This document shows positions 29,410 to 38,403 of a stretch of DNA of 64,000 nucleotides, piece after piece. A model generated the notes under the pieces. The model searched no databases. It saw only the letters and a program-made list of their open reading frames with translations, and was not told the origin of the DNA. Each line of letters begins with the position of its first letter. Within the stretch, counting starts at the first letter, position 1. A program made the translations under genes and the position numbers. Origin of the DNA: an uncultured Acidimicrobiales bacterium (GTDB lineage: Bacteria > Actinomycetota > Acidimicrobiia > Acidimicrobiales > SHLQ01); assembly GCA_964451305.1 (NCBI GenBank), contig CAYVHV010000004.1, positions 36,417 to 100,416 of the forward strand, given 5' to 3'.

Positions 29410-31749
29410 CTACTCGGCTAGAGCAATGATGCTCTGCGTCGAGTAGTTCTCCGGCTTGCTCAGCACGCCGTCTACGTCTTGTTCGAGGTAGTCGATGAAG
29501 ATCTGGGCGTACTCGAGAAGCGTGTCCTCGAGCCGGCCGTCCTCAGCAACAGCTTCGAACGTGAAGTATCCGTCGCCGCCGCCAGCGGTGAAGCTATTGG
29601 TCGCAACCGTGAAGGTGGCTGCCGGATCGAGCGCCACGAACGCCCCGTCGACGAGGACCTCGATATTCGAGAGGCGTTCTCCATCTGCTGCATTGAGGTC
29701 AACGTCCCATCGAATCCCCGCACCGTACGGATACGCTCCGGTCGATCCATCTGGATCGACCGAGAAGGCAACAGCCTCTTCGAGAACCGCAGCAACCTCT
29801 TCACCGGTCATCTCGAGATTGACGATCGTGTTGGCGAACGGCAGCAGCTCAAAGACGTCGGCGATGGTGATGTCGCCTTCCGGAATGTCGATACGAATAC
29901 CGCCGGAGTTCTGGATTGCGATGTCGGCTTCGAACGAACGAGCCAAGAACGCATCGGTGACGAGCTGTTGAATATCGCCACCGTTGACTGCAGTATCGGC
30001 AACGTCACAGATCTGGCTACGACCTTGACCGGGAATGCGCTCGAGGCAGAGGTCTTCGGTCGCCTCACCAATGACCTGCTGCTGGAGTACCTCGACCTGT
30101 CCGGAGAACTGAGCGAGTACCGCTTCGGCATCGGCGTCTGGAGTGACGATCGAGAGCTCGGGGGTCGCTTCGACAAACGCCACGACCTCGTCGCGTGCCT
30201 CGCCGGTCAGCTCCTCACGATCCGCATCTTCCGATGGCTCGCGCTGGAACGAGTCTGCGAGAAGCAGGTGCGGCGTCCCTTCGCAGCTCGAAACAATGCC
30301 ATTCTCATCGAAGCTCACGTTGAGCTCACCGACGACCCAGCTGAACTGCCACGCCTGGACAACACAAACCGGGTTGCCATCGGCGTCGGTCGTGCGCTGT
30401 GGGTATTCGCCTTGAGTGTTCAGTCCAAGGTCGCCGAAGTCGCCAAGCAACGTGTGGCTGTCGCCACCGACGATGACATCGACGCCGCTGACCTGCGATG
30501 CGAGGTCGAGATCGTTCGCCAACTGAATGTGGGTGACGAGGACGATCTTGTCGATGCCCGCTGCGGTGAGCAGATCGACCTGTGCTTGTGCGGTTTCGAT
30601 CTCATCGAGGAACTGGGTGGTGTCGAGTGGACTCGATGAGTTCTGGGTCTTGCCAGCAATGTTGATGCCGACGTAGCCAACGCGCTGGCCGCCTTCGTAG
30701 TCGATGATGACGTTGTCTTCGAAGATCTTGTCGCCTTCAGGGGCGAGCGGTGTGCCAGCGGCGGGGACGATGTTTGCGCCGAGCGTCGCAGTGCTACATG
30801 AGTCCGAACCGTTGAGGTAGCCGAGGAAGTCGGCCAAACCTTGGTCGGAGTTATCGAACTCGTGATTGCCGAGCGCAAAGACGTCAAAGCATGCTTCGTT
30901 CATGAGAGCGGCATCTGCTTCGCCCTCGAAGAGGCTGAAGAAGAGCGTGCCGGTTATTGCGTCGCCTGCGTGAACCTTGACGACCTCGCCGCTGGCTTGT
31001 GCTGCAAGCTCATCGATCTTTGCAACGACGCTTGGGAAACCGCCGAACTGTACTCGGGTTTCTCCACCTGGAAGTTCGAGATCGCCCGAGTCGGTTTCGA
31101 GGTGACTGTGGGTGTCGTTGACGTGAAGGATCGTCAGGTCGAATGGAGCGCCGACCGAGATTGGGTCTTCGGTTGGTGGCACGGCAATACCTGGTTCGGG
31201 AGCGTCGTCGTTCCCCGACGTGTCGTCGGGAGCGTTGGACGGTGCGTCCGATCCTTGCCCGACAGCATCGTCGCCGGGGCCGTCGAGGACGCTGTCATTT
31301 CCGGGGCCAGGCCACAGCGTGTCGTCGCCAGCGTTGCCCTCGAGCTGATCGTTGCCAGCCTCGCCGAGCACGATGTCGTCACCGTTTGCGCCGCGAAGAA
31401 TATCGTCACCGTTGCCGCCGAAGAGCGTGTCGTCGCCGTCGCCACCTTGAATGTCGTCGTCGTCATTGCCGCCTTCGATGCGGTCATTACCGGCACCACC
31501 GATCAGGATGTCGTCGCCGGAGTGTCCACAGATGATGTCGTTGCCAGCGCCGGCATCGATGGCATCGGGGCCGAGCGAGCCAACGATGACGTCGTCGCCG
31601 TCGGTGCCGACGGTCAGTAGCCCGGAGTCTTCGACGATGATGGTGGCCTCTTGGCCTCCACAGGTCGCTCCTTCTGCCGACACTGTCGGAGCCGTGGCTA
31701 CGAGTGCCCCCACCAAAGCGAGCGCAAGTCCCGCAGCTTTCAGTCTCAT
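29410..31749 (-). CDS. Secreted 5'-nucleotidase (NadN/UshA-like) with N-terminal RTX-like Ca-binding repeats
   Basis: Signal peptide, GGxGxD repeats, HVNDTHSH, HAGDAITG, GNHEFD, GGDSH, NSGGIR, LPFANT. Confidence 0.92.
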   Translation of the reverse strand: MRLKAAGLALALVGALVATAPTVSAEGATCGGQEATIIVEDSGLLTVGTDGDDVIVGSLGPDAIDAGAGNDIICGHSGDDILIGGAGNDRIEGGNDDDDIQGGDGDDTLFGGNGDDILRGANGDDIVLGEAGNDQLEGNAGDDTLWPGPGNDSVLDGPGDDAVGQGSDAPSNAPDDTSGNDDAPEPGIAVPPTEDPISVGAPFDLTILHVNDTHSHLETDSGDLELPGGETRVQFGGFPSVVAKIDELAAQASGEVVKVHAGDAITGTLFFSLFEGEADAALMNEACFDVFALGNHEFDNSDQGLADFLGYLNGSDSCSTATLGANIVPAAGTPLAPEGDKIFEDNVIIDYEGGQRVGYVGINIAGKTQNSSSPLDTTQFLDEIETAQAQVDLLTAAGIDKIVLVTHIQLANDLDLASQVSGVDVIVGGDSHTLLGDFGDLGLNTQGEYPQRTTDADGNPVCVVQAWQFSWVVGELNVSFDENGIVSSCEGTPHLLLADSFQREPSEDADREELTGEARDEVVAFVEATPELSIVTPDADAEAVLAQFSGQVEVLQQQVIGEATEDLCLERIPGQGRSQICDVADTAVNGGDIQQLVTDAFLARSFEADIAIQNSGGIRIDIPEGDITIADVFELLPFANTIVNLEMTGEEVAAVLEEAVAFSVDPDGSTGAYPYGAGIRWDVDLNAADGERLSNIEVLVDGAFVALDPAATFTVATNSFTAGGGDGYFTFEAVAEDGRLEDTLLEYAQIFIDYLEQDVDGVLSKPENYSTQSIIALAE

Positions 31750-31834
31750 TATGTCCCCCGAAGTGAGTCGATTTTGTTGGTTGTGTTCGCATCCTTGCTG
31801 GGTGAGGACTCTGTGTCCAGCGAAGTGTGAAAAT

Positions 31835-31856
31835 TGTGGACGAACAGTGGGTTAAC
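31835..31856 (-). promoter_or_regulatory. Possible PHO-box-like 11-nt direct repeats upstream of the nucleotidase
   Basis: GTTAACCCACT GTTCGTCCACA on minus strand, resembling actinobacterial GTTCACC units. Confidence 0.3.
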
Positions 31857-31884
31857 AACGTCCGTCACCTACAAATCCGGACGC

Positions 31885-31974
31885 GAAAATACACGTTGCC
31901 CGGCAACGGGAGGAGGCTGCCGGGCAACGCCGTACAGCTACTTATCGAATGAGCGACCAGTGATCATTCGATCG
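31885..31974 (-). ncRNA. Candidate small RNA with CCUCCUCCC-loop hairpin
   Basis: TAATCT -10 (31980-31985), 9-bp hairpin (31944-31972), 15-bp hairpin (31893-31930) with CUCCUCCC loop, then UAUUUU. Confidence 0.45.
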
Positions 31975-32026
31975 GAGTGAGATTATTCGAGGTGATGCCT
32001 GCCCAAGGCCCTCGAGTTGGTGGTGC

Positions 32027-33271
32027 CTAGTCGCGGCGGGTGACCTTTAGCGCTCGGCGATCGAGTTCGCGCTCGATGTCATCGAGCGGGATGCCCTCGG
32101 CCACAAGGCGCGTCATGACAAAGAACAGCACGTCGGCTGCTTCGTGCACGATGTCCGATCGGTCGGTCGCTTCGTTGAGCTCGCCCGCTTCCTCGGTGAT
32201 CTTTGCTGCGAGCAGTTCACGGTCGTCGAACAGCCGCTTTGTAAAGCTTCCTTCCGGCGCGTTGGCTACACGGTCGGCGAGACGACGCTCGAGCTCGGCA
32301 AAGCCGTCGAGATCCCCAAAGCAGCTCGTCTGGTCGAGGTGACAGAACCCGCGGCCAGCCTGCTCGACAGAGAATTGGATCGCGTCGCTGTCGCAGTCGA
32401 GGGAAAGCGAGTGCAGCGACTGTGTTGCGCCGGACGTGAGGCCCTTTTGCCAGAGCTCGCCTCGACTGCGGCTCCAGTAGTGCACATCGCCGGTCTCGAT
32501 CGTGCGGTCGAGGCTCTCCAGGTTTGAGTAGGCAAGGCCGAGCGACTGACCGCGCCGGTTGGTAACCGTCGTAGGCCACAAGCCGTCGTCTCGATCGGAC
32601 CGCAGGCACGCTGCGACCGACTCGGCGAGGGTGATCTCGTCCTTGTACAACGCCATGCCGACTTGCGCATCGGCGCCGAGCTTGTGGATCGCTCCGATTT
32701 CTTCTGCGCTCGCAATGCCACCGGCGAACGTGACGCGGGCATGTCCGGCGGCTTCGAGGTATCGCTGGAGGATCTCTGGATCTGTACCGGTCATCCGGCC
32801 TTCGCGTTCGACGAAGGTGAGCAGAAAGCCCGAAGTCAGATCTCGTAGCTCGACGAGTTTGTCTTCGACCCGTTGGCCCGTGCCTTTGGTCCATCCGTGG
32901 GTGACGACCTCACCGTCGAAGCTGTCGAGCGCGACGACCGTGCGCTCTGGCGGTAGCGCCGAGAGCACCTCGGGTGTCGCAGCGGTGCCCAACACGACTT
33001 TGGTCGCTCCGGCGTCGAGCCATTCGATGGCGGCTTCGATCGAACGAATCCCACCGCCGACACGGCATTGGGCGAGGGGGAGAAGCTCTTTGATGAGCTC
33101 GGTGTTGTTCCCCGTGCCGAGCGCGGCATCGAGATCGACGATCGCGATCTCGCCAACGCGACCGAACTTCTTCGCGAGCGGCCGTGGATCGCCGGCAGAT
33201 AGGGCGTGATCCTTGCCTCCGATGAGTTGCACGGCTTCGCCGCCCATGAGGTCAATTGGGGGTATGAGCAT
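32027..33271 (-). CDS. HisA-like TIM barrel + phosphoribosyl-AMP cyclohydrolase (HisI) + phosphoribosyl-ATP pyrophosphatase (HisE) fusion
   Basis: IPPIDL, VDLDAA, VGGGIR, ALD; YWSRSRGELWQKG.TSG, DCDSD, FCH..TSCF; KITEEAGE, HEAADV; TATGCT-N6-ATG start. Confidence 0.9.
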   Translation of the reverse strand: MLIPPIDLMGGEAVQLIGGKDHALSAGDPRPLAKKFGRVGEIAIVDLDAALGTGNNTELIKELLPLAQCRVGGGIRSIEAAIEWLDAGATKVVLGTAATPEVLSALPPERTVVALDSFDGEVVTHGWTKGTGQRVEDKLVELRDLTSGFLLTFVEREGRMTGTDPEILQRYLEAAGHARVTFAGGIASAEEIGAIHKLGADAQVGMALYKDEITLAESVAACLRSDRDDGLWPTTVTNRRGQSLGLAYSNLESLDRTIETGDVHYWSRSRGELWQKGLTSGATQSLHSLSLDCDSDAIQFSVEQAGRGFCHLDQTSCFGDLDGFAELERRLADRVANAPEGSFTKRLFDDRELLAAKITEEAGELNEATDRSDIVHEAADVLFFVMTRLVAEGIPLDDIERELDRRALKVTRRD

Positions 33272-33327
33272 CCCACCAGCATAGGAACCGCGTCCGCTGT
33301 CACGCGGTGCGATGTGTTTCGTCGCTG

Positions 33328-33648
33328 CTACGACGGTGATGAGTCGATCGCTGCATAGCCGGCATCGGTCAGCGACAGGATCTGTGGGCTGGCTCGCTTT
33401 TGCAGGAGCTCGGTGGCCTCGAGGTGCAGTTTCACCGTCGTGGTGAACCATGCAACGCTGCTCGTCTCCCACATCTCGGCAGGCGTCCGCTGCTCGACCT
33501 CGGAGATGAGCAGCGAGTTGGGAAGCTCCCCGGCGTCCCGCAACGCACCGAGGATCGCATCGCGAACAGGCTCGTAGATCGAGACGAGGATACGACAATC
33601 ATCTCGCCCGGTGTTCGGGTTCTTCATCATGATTCGTTCGTCGGACAC
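33328..33648 (-). CDS. Hypothetical small protein (DUF6958-like)
   Basis: I...NP..G, YE.VRDAIL..L, SVAWFTTTVKLHLEA pattern. Confidence 0.65.
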   Translation of the reverse strand: MSDERIMMKNPNTGRDDCRILVSIYEPVRDAILGALRDAGELPNSLLISEVEQRTPAEMWETSSVAWFTTTVKLHLEATELLQKRASPQILSLTDAGYAAIDSSPS

Positions 33649-33670
33649 GGCGGCTCCATTCTCTCGTCGG

Positions 33671-33720
33671 TCTCATCACGGTGTCTCATCTCAGTCTCTC
33701 ATCTCAGGGTCTCATCTCAG
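33671..33720. repeat. Four tandem copies, 13-bp period, core TCTCATC(T/A)C
   Basis: Units start at 33671, 33684, 33697, 33710 in the divergent promoter gap. Confidence 0.9.
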
Positions 33721-33734
33721 TATTGTGACGGGCT

Positions 33735-35123
33735 ATGACGCTGCGTACGAACTCCATTCGACAACTCGCTGATGTGGTTCGTTCCGGCGCCCGTACGTTC
33801 GCGGAGATCAATGACGAAGCGATCGCGAACCGCAGCGAAGAGCTGGGCGCCTATCGCCATACCGATGATGATCTCGTTCGCGCTCACGCCGCTGCCGCCG
33901 ACGATGCCCTGGCTTCTGGAGACGACCACGGTCCCCTGATGGGTATGCCGGTCAGTGTGAAGGATCTCTTTGGCGTTCCCGGGTTTCCAGTCCATGCGGG
34001 TTCGCCGATGGCGCTTCCAGCGGAGTTCTCCGAAGCCGGCCCGGTCGTTGCCTCACTCGAGGCACGGTCTGCGGTGATTACCGGAAAGACTCACACCGTC
34101 GAGTTCGCGTTCGGTGGGCTCGGCACAAACCCGCATCTCCCGACGCCCAAAAACCCGTGGGATCCTGAGCACCATCGCGTCCCCGGTGGATCGAGTTCTG
34201 GAGCCGGGGTGTCACTCTGTGAGGGTTCGGCGGTCGTCGCGCTCGGGACCGATACCGCCGGCAGCGTTCGGATACCTGCCGCCATGACGGGAAAAGTTGG
34301 GCTTAAGACGACGGCGCGCCGCTGGTCGCTCGATGGCATCGTCCCGTTGTCTCCCACGCTCGATACTGCAGGCGTCCTCGCCAACACCGTCGATGATCTC
34401 ATGGTGGCCTTCGCCGCGATCGATCCAACGTGTGGAGACCTCGAGACATCGATGGCCAACGTTGCTACATCGGATCTCACCCTCGGCCGCTGCGACCGAT
34501 TGTTCTTCGACGACCTCTCCCCGGGCGTTGGCGAGGCCGTCGAGGAAGCGCTCAGCGAGCTGACTGGGGTTGGAGCATCCATGCGCCAACTCGACATTCC
34601 AGAGGTCGAACCGACCTATGAACTCTTCAAAGCTGGCGGACCGGTGAGCATCGAGTTTCATCGCTTCATCTCGACTCGCTTGCCCGAGTGGTTGGAGACC
34701 CTCGACCCGAATGTTCGGGCACGTGTGGGCGACGCCGCGACGCTTTCAGACGAGGAGTATCAGCACCGGTTGACCAACATGGCCACATGGGGTGCCGCTG
34801 TCGATCAACGGTTGAGTACTGTCGATGTGCTCGTTGCGCCGACCGTCGCGAACACTCCTCCGACCATCGACGAGGTCGCTACTCCCGAGACCTACGGGCC
34901 GCAGAACCTGCTCGCGCTGAGGAACACATCGATGGCGAATTACCTCGGCTTGTGCGCAATCACGCTGCCTGTTGGAGTCGATGCTGCTGGAATGCCGGTC
35001 GGCCTCATGCTGATGGCCCGCGGTGGTGACGACGAACGATTGCTCGCCATTGCCCGTCGAGTAGAGCACGTGCTCGGCAGCGGTCACGACAGGCTGGGAA
35101 CTCCGCCGCGAACCGGGGCGTGA
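33735..35123 (+). CDS. Amidase signature family enzyme
   Basis: PVSVKDL, GKTHTVEFA, PGGSSSG, LGTDTAGSVRIPAA. Confidence 0.93.
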   Translation: MTLRTNSIRQLADVVRSGARTFAEINDEAIANRSEELGAYRHTDDDLVRAHAAAADDALASGDDHGPLMGMPVSVKDLFGVPGFPVHAGSPMALPAEFSEAGPVVASLEARSAVITGKTHTVEFAFGGLGTNPHLPTPKNPWDPEHHRVPGGSSSGAGVSLCEGSAVVALGTDTAGSVRIPAAMTGKVGLKTTARRWSLDGIVPLSPTLDTAGVLANTVDDLMVAFAAIDPTCGDLETSMANVATSDLTLGRCDRLFFDDLSPGVGEAVEEALSELTGVGASMRQLDIPEVEPTYELFKAGGPVSIEFHRFISTRLPEWLETLDPNVRARVGDAATLSDEEYQHRLTNMATWGAAVDQRLSTVDVLVAPTVANTPPTIDEVATPETYGPQNLLALRNTSMANYLGLCAITLPVGVDAAGMPVGLMLMARGGDDERLLAIARRVEHVLGSGHDRLGTPPRTGA

Positions 35124-35144
35124 CGACGCCCCTAGTCTGAAGGG

Positions 35145-36248
35145 GTGAACATGCATCCCGAAACTTGGCTCATCTCACAAGGTCGACCAACCGAAGCTGG
35201 TCAACCCTTGAACGTGCCACCGATGCTGGCGTCGAACTTCCGGCTGCCCGGCGACCGCTACTACAACCGCGTGGAGGGAACCGACACCCAACTCGCCTTT
35301 GAGACGTTGATGGGTGGGCTCGACGGTGGCCGCTCGCTCGCGTTCGGCTCCGGCATGGCCGCGGTCGCTGCCGTTCTTGCTCTCCTGCCGGTCGGAGCAA
35401 CGATCGTGCTTCCCAACGATCCATACCACGCCACGAACGGGTTGGTCGCCGAGGGAGAACAGCAGGGTCGGTGGACCGTCGAGCGAATCGATCTGACCGA
35501 CACCGATGCGTGGATCGAGGCTGCGACGCGCGCCGATCTGTTGTGGATCGAATCGCCAGCCAATCCCTTGCTGACCGTTGCTGACCTTCCCAAGATCTGC
35601 GCGGCCGAGCGGAGGACAGGATGCCTCATCGCGGTCGACAGCACCTTTGCAACACCCCTGGTGCAAAAGCCGATCGGAATGGGTGCCGACATCTCGATGC
35701 ACTCGGCAACAAAGTTCATCGGCGGCCACTCCGATCTCCTCGCTGGCGTCCTCACGGTCGATGACGATGCGCTCTACGACCGACTCCACAATGCACGGCT
35801 ACTCAGCGGCGCCACTATTGGGGCCATGGAAGCCTTCCTCGCGATTCGAGGACTTCGAACCCTGAGCCTTCGCATGGAACGTTCGATCGCTAACGCCATG
35901 GAACTCGCGCAACGACTCGAAGAACACCCGGCTATTGCTCGGGTTCGATACCCCGGTCTCGCGAGCCATGACACCCACGAGGTCGCCGCAACGTTCATGT
36001 GTGGGTTCGGCGCCATGATGAGCTTTGAGGTCGAAGGTGCTGGAGATCGGGCGAGCGCCGTTGCCGAAGGAACATCGATCGTAAAGAACGCCACGAGTCT
36101 CGGAAGTGTCGAGTCGACGTGGGAACGACGGGCGTTGATCGTGGGCCAAGAGCACATGCCGCCAACGCTTATCCGGCTCTCGGTCGGGTGCGAACACATC
36201 GACGATCTGTGGGCAGATATCGCGGGCGCTCTCGACCGTTCCGCCTAA
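35145..36248 (+). CDS. PLP-dependent Cys/Met metabolism lyase (cystathionine gamma-synthase/lyase-like)
   Basis: SGMAA, ESPANP, VDSTFATP, HSATKFIGGHSD, TSLGSVES, RLSVGCE. Confidence 0.92.
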   Translation: MNMHPETWLISQGRPTEAGQPLNVPPMLASNFRLPGDRYYNRVEGTDTQLAFETLMGGLDGGRSLAFGSGMAAVAAVLALLPVGATIVLPNDPYHATNGLVAEGEQQGRWTVERIDLTDTDAWIEAATRADLLWIESPANPLLTVADLPKICAAERRTGCLIAVDSTFATPLVQKPIGMGADISMHSATKFIGGHSDLLAGVLTVDDDALYDRLHNARLLSGATIGAMEAFLAIRGLRTLSLRMERSIANAMELAQRLEEHPAIARVRYPGLASHDTHEVAATFMCGFGAMMSFEVEGAGDRASAVAEGTSIVKNATSLGSVESTWERRALIVGQEHMPPTLIRLSVGCEHIDDLWADIAGALDRSA

Positions 36249-36260
36249 GAGGCTGCCCCG

Positions 36261-37097
36261 ATGGCTGCCGCCGATCCCAACTACGACTGGCTTTCCGAGC
36301 TACCGATGCCGCCCGGAGACCCGTTCTTGCGGATGGGTACCCGCAGCATTGACGAGGCTGACTGGCTCCTCGTCGATCACGCGACCAGTAGCGAGCTCGC
36401 GCTCCGAGCGGAACTCATCGAGGCACATCCCGAACACGTACAACTTCTCGCAGGCCACGAGGAGAATCTGGCCGAGGTACTCGAACAGGTAGAAGCGTTC
36501 CGAGGCGCGCCACTGGAGACCGACCTGAGCGTCGACGGCGAACGTTCCGGCCTTGCAGCCCTCGCCGTCACCATCCCCGAAGACATTTTGTTGATGGTCC
36601 GCAACGACGAGCATTGGTATCTCGCCGGGGGAGTGCTGTTGTTTCCTGACCAATGGACGTTGCCCGACAAGATCGGCAAGTCGACAGCTCACATTCACGA
36701 GCCGACCGATGGTTACCACGAGCTACTCGAATCGACGGTCGACCGGTTCCTCGATCGACTCACCCCCGGCCGCCTCTTTCGTCGACGAAACTGGTTTATC
36801 CACGACGACGACACCTACTTCCTCAACACACATGTCGATCAGAGGCACCTCACCAATCCCGCCGATGCTGCCACGCTCTGGATTCGTTCCGAACGCCAGA
36901 CGCTCCGTCGGCTCAGCCGCACCAACACCATCGTGTTCACGGTCAAGACGCAGTTCACCCCCTTGTCACAGGTCAAGGTGCGTCCCGCGGTTGCATCGGA
37001 ACTCGTCGAGTTCTTAGAACATGCAAGTGACCGTTCGCTAGCGAACAAAGATGTTGCGGGTCGAACGAACGCGGTGATCTCCTACTTGACCCAGTAG
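36261..37097 (+). CDS. DUF3445/heme-dependent oxidative N-demethylase alpha-subunit-like protein
   Basis: LRMG, PEDILLM, FPDQW...KIG....IHEP, RRNW, RSERQTLRRL, VFTVKT. Confidence 0.8.
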   Translation: MAAADPNYDWLSELPMPPGDPFLRMGTRSIDEADWLLVDHATSSELALRAELIEAHPEHVQLLAGHEENLAEVLEQVEAFRGAPLETDLSVDGERSGLAALAVTIPEDILLMVRNDEHWYLAGGVLLFPDQWTLPDKIGKSTAHIHEPTDGYHELLESTVDRFLDRLTPGRLFRRRNWFIHDDDTYFLNTHVDQRHLTNPADAATLWIRSERQTLRRLSRTNTIVFTVKTQFTPLSQVKVRPAVASELVEFLEHASDRSLANKDVAGRTNAVISYLTQ

Positions 37098-37852
37098 GGA
37101 GGTCGCTTCTCGATGTAGGCCGCCATACCCTCTGCGGCATCGTCAGAGCCGAACAACTCGGCCGAGCGAGCACTGGCATAGGTGATCGCTTCTTCAGGGT
37201 CCATGTAGGGAACGGTCTCAAAGAGTTGTTTGGTGGCGGCGAACGCGTCGGGGCTCCCCAGCAACAGGTCAGAAACGACCGCATCGACCTCGGCATCGAG
37301 CGCCTCCACCGAGTTGACGGCCGTGTTGATCAAGCCCAATCGGACAGCTTCGTTGCCATCGAACAGCGCTCCGCGCAAGAACGCGGATCGAGCATCGCCG
37401 CGACGCATCTTTGGAAGACAGATCGCCGCCATAATCGCTGGGGCAAGACCGAGGCGCACCTCGGTGAATCCAAGTTTGATATCGGTGAGCGATACTGAAA
37501 TATCGACCGCCGAAGCGAGCCCGGTTCCGCCGGCCACGGCATGTCCGCCAATGCGGCCAACCCACGGTTTCGGCGACAGCTGTATTCGGCGGAAGAGCGC
37601 GAGCGAATCGACCGGGCCTGGCTGTCCGCCTGCTGCACGTCGCTCGTCGAGATCAGCGCCAGCGCAAAACACGCGACCGGAGTTCGTGAGCACCACGACA
37701 CGAACCTCGGGGTCGGCATCGGCTCGATCCATTGCGGTGACGAGTTCGGCCGTCAAGGCCTGACTCAACACATTGCGCTTCTCGGCGTCATCGAGGGTGA
37801 TCGTAAACACCCCGCGCTCGTCTAGCTCGGTCAAGACACACTCATCACCCAT
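37082..37852 (-). CDS. Enoyl-CoA hydratase/isomerase (methylglutaconyl-CoA hydratase-like)
   Basis: RNVLS, FCAGADL, AVAGGTGL, GFTEVRLGLAP, EGMAAYIEKRPP. Confidence 0.9.
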   Translation of the reverse strand: MGDECVLTELDERGVFTITLDDAEKRNVLSQALTAELVTAMDRADADPEVRVVVLTNSGRVFCAGADLDERRAAGGQPGPVDSLALFRRIQLSPKPWVGRIGGHAVAGGTGLASAVDISVSLTDIKLGFTEVRLGLAPAIMAAICLPKMRRGDARSAFLRGALFDGNEAVRLGLINTAVNSVEALDAEVDAVVSDLLLGSPDAFAATKQLFETVPYMDPEEAITYASARSAELFGSDDAAEGMAAYIEKRPPYWVK

Positions 37853-37898
37853 GGTCGCAACCTAGCTGCATTACCTCCCATCGTCGTATGATTCGAGA

Positions 37899-38393
37899 AT
37901 GCCTGTTCTCCAACGCGCGAGTCTTGAGTTTGTCGATCACGCCGAACTGGTCATCTCCTATGACGTCGACCTTCCCGCCGAGATCGAGGAAGTTTGGGCG
38001 GTCATCGCCGACAACGATTCGTGGCCCGAGTGGTTTCACAACTGCACCGCCATGACGTCATCGCACAATCCGTGGACCGCACCTGGTCAAAGCCGGACCA
38101 TTCATGTGAAACCATTCAAGATCCGCGAGGTCGCGGTGGCGATCGAGGCGCCGCATCTTTGGGCGATGCAGCTATCGAAGACCAACCTGCCAATGGCTCG
38201 CAGAGCGCTCGAGATGTTGGAGCTCTCCGATACATCGCGTCATGGCGAAGTCCGGACCGAAGTGCGGTGGACCGGGGCGTTCGATCTGCCAATGTATTTT
38301 CGTCCCGCTGCGTCCATCTTTGAGAATCAGCTGCTCGGCACCTGGGGTCCGAGTCTTGAAAATCTCCTCGACGCCGTAATCGCCCGTCGCTAA
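37899..38393 (+). CDS. SRPBCC family protein
   Basis: PAEIEEVWAVIADNDSWPEWF; TATGAT-N6-ATG start. Confidence 0.8.
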   Translation: MPVLQRASLEFVDHAELVISYDVDLPAEIEEVWAVIADNDSWPEWFHNCTAMTSSHNPWTAPGQSRTIHVKPFKIREVAVAIEAPHLWAMQLSKTNLPMARRALEMLELSDTSRHGEVRTEVRWTGAFDLPMYFRPAASIFENQLLGTWGPSLENLLDAVIARR

Positions 38394-38403
38394 GGAATCT
38401 GCC

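Noticed and set aside
33272-33598. 109-aa N-terminal extension of the His fusion in the ORF track (likewise 11091-11342, 49401-49625, 53251-53475, 53564-53980)
   Set aside because: The extensions overlap neighbouring genes; homology motifs and promoter or RBS signals begin at the downstream starts.
33671-33720. Possible CRISPR array
   Set aside because: 13-bp period with no unique spacers and no cas genes.
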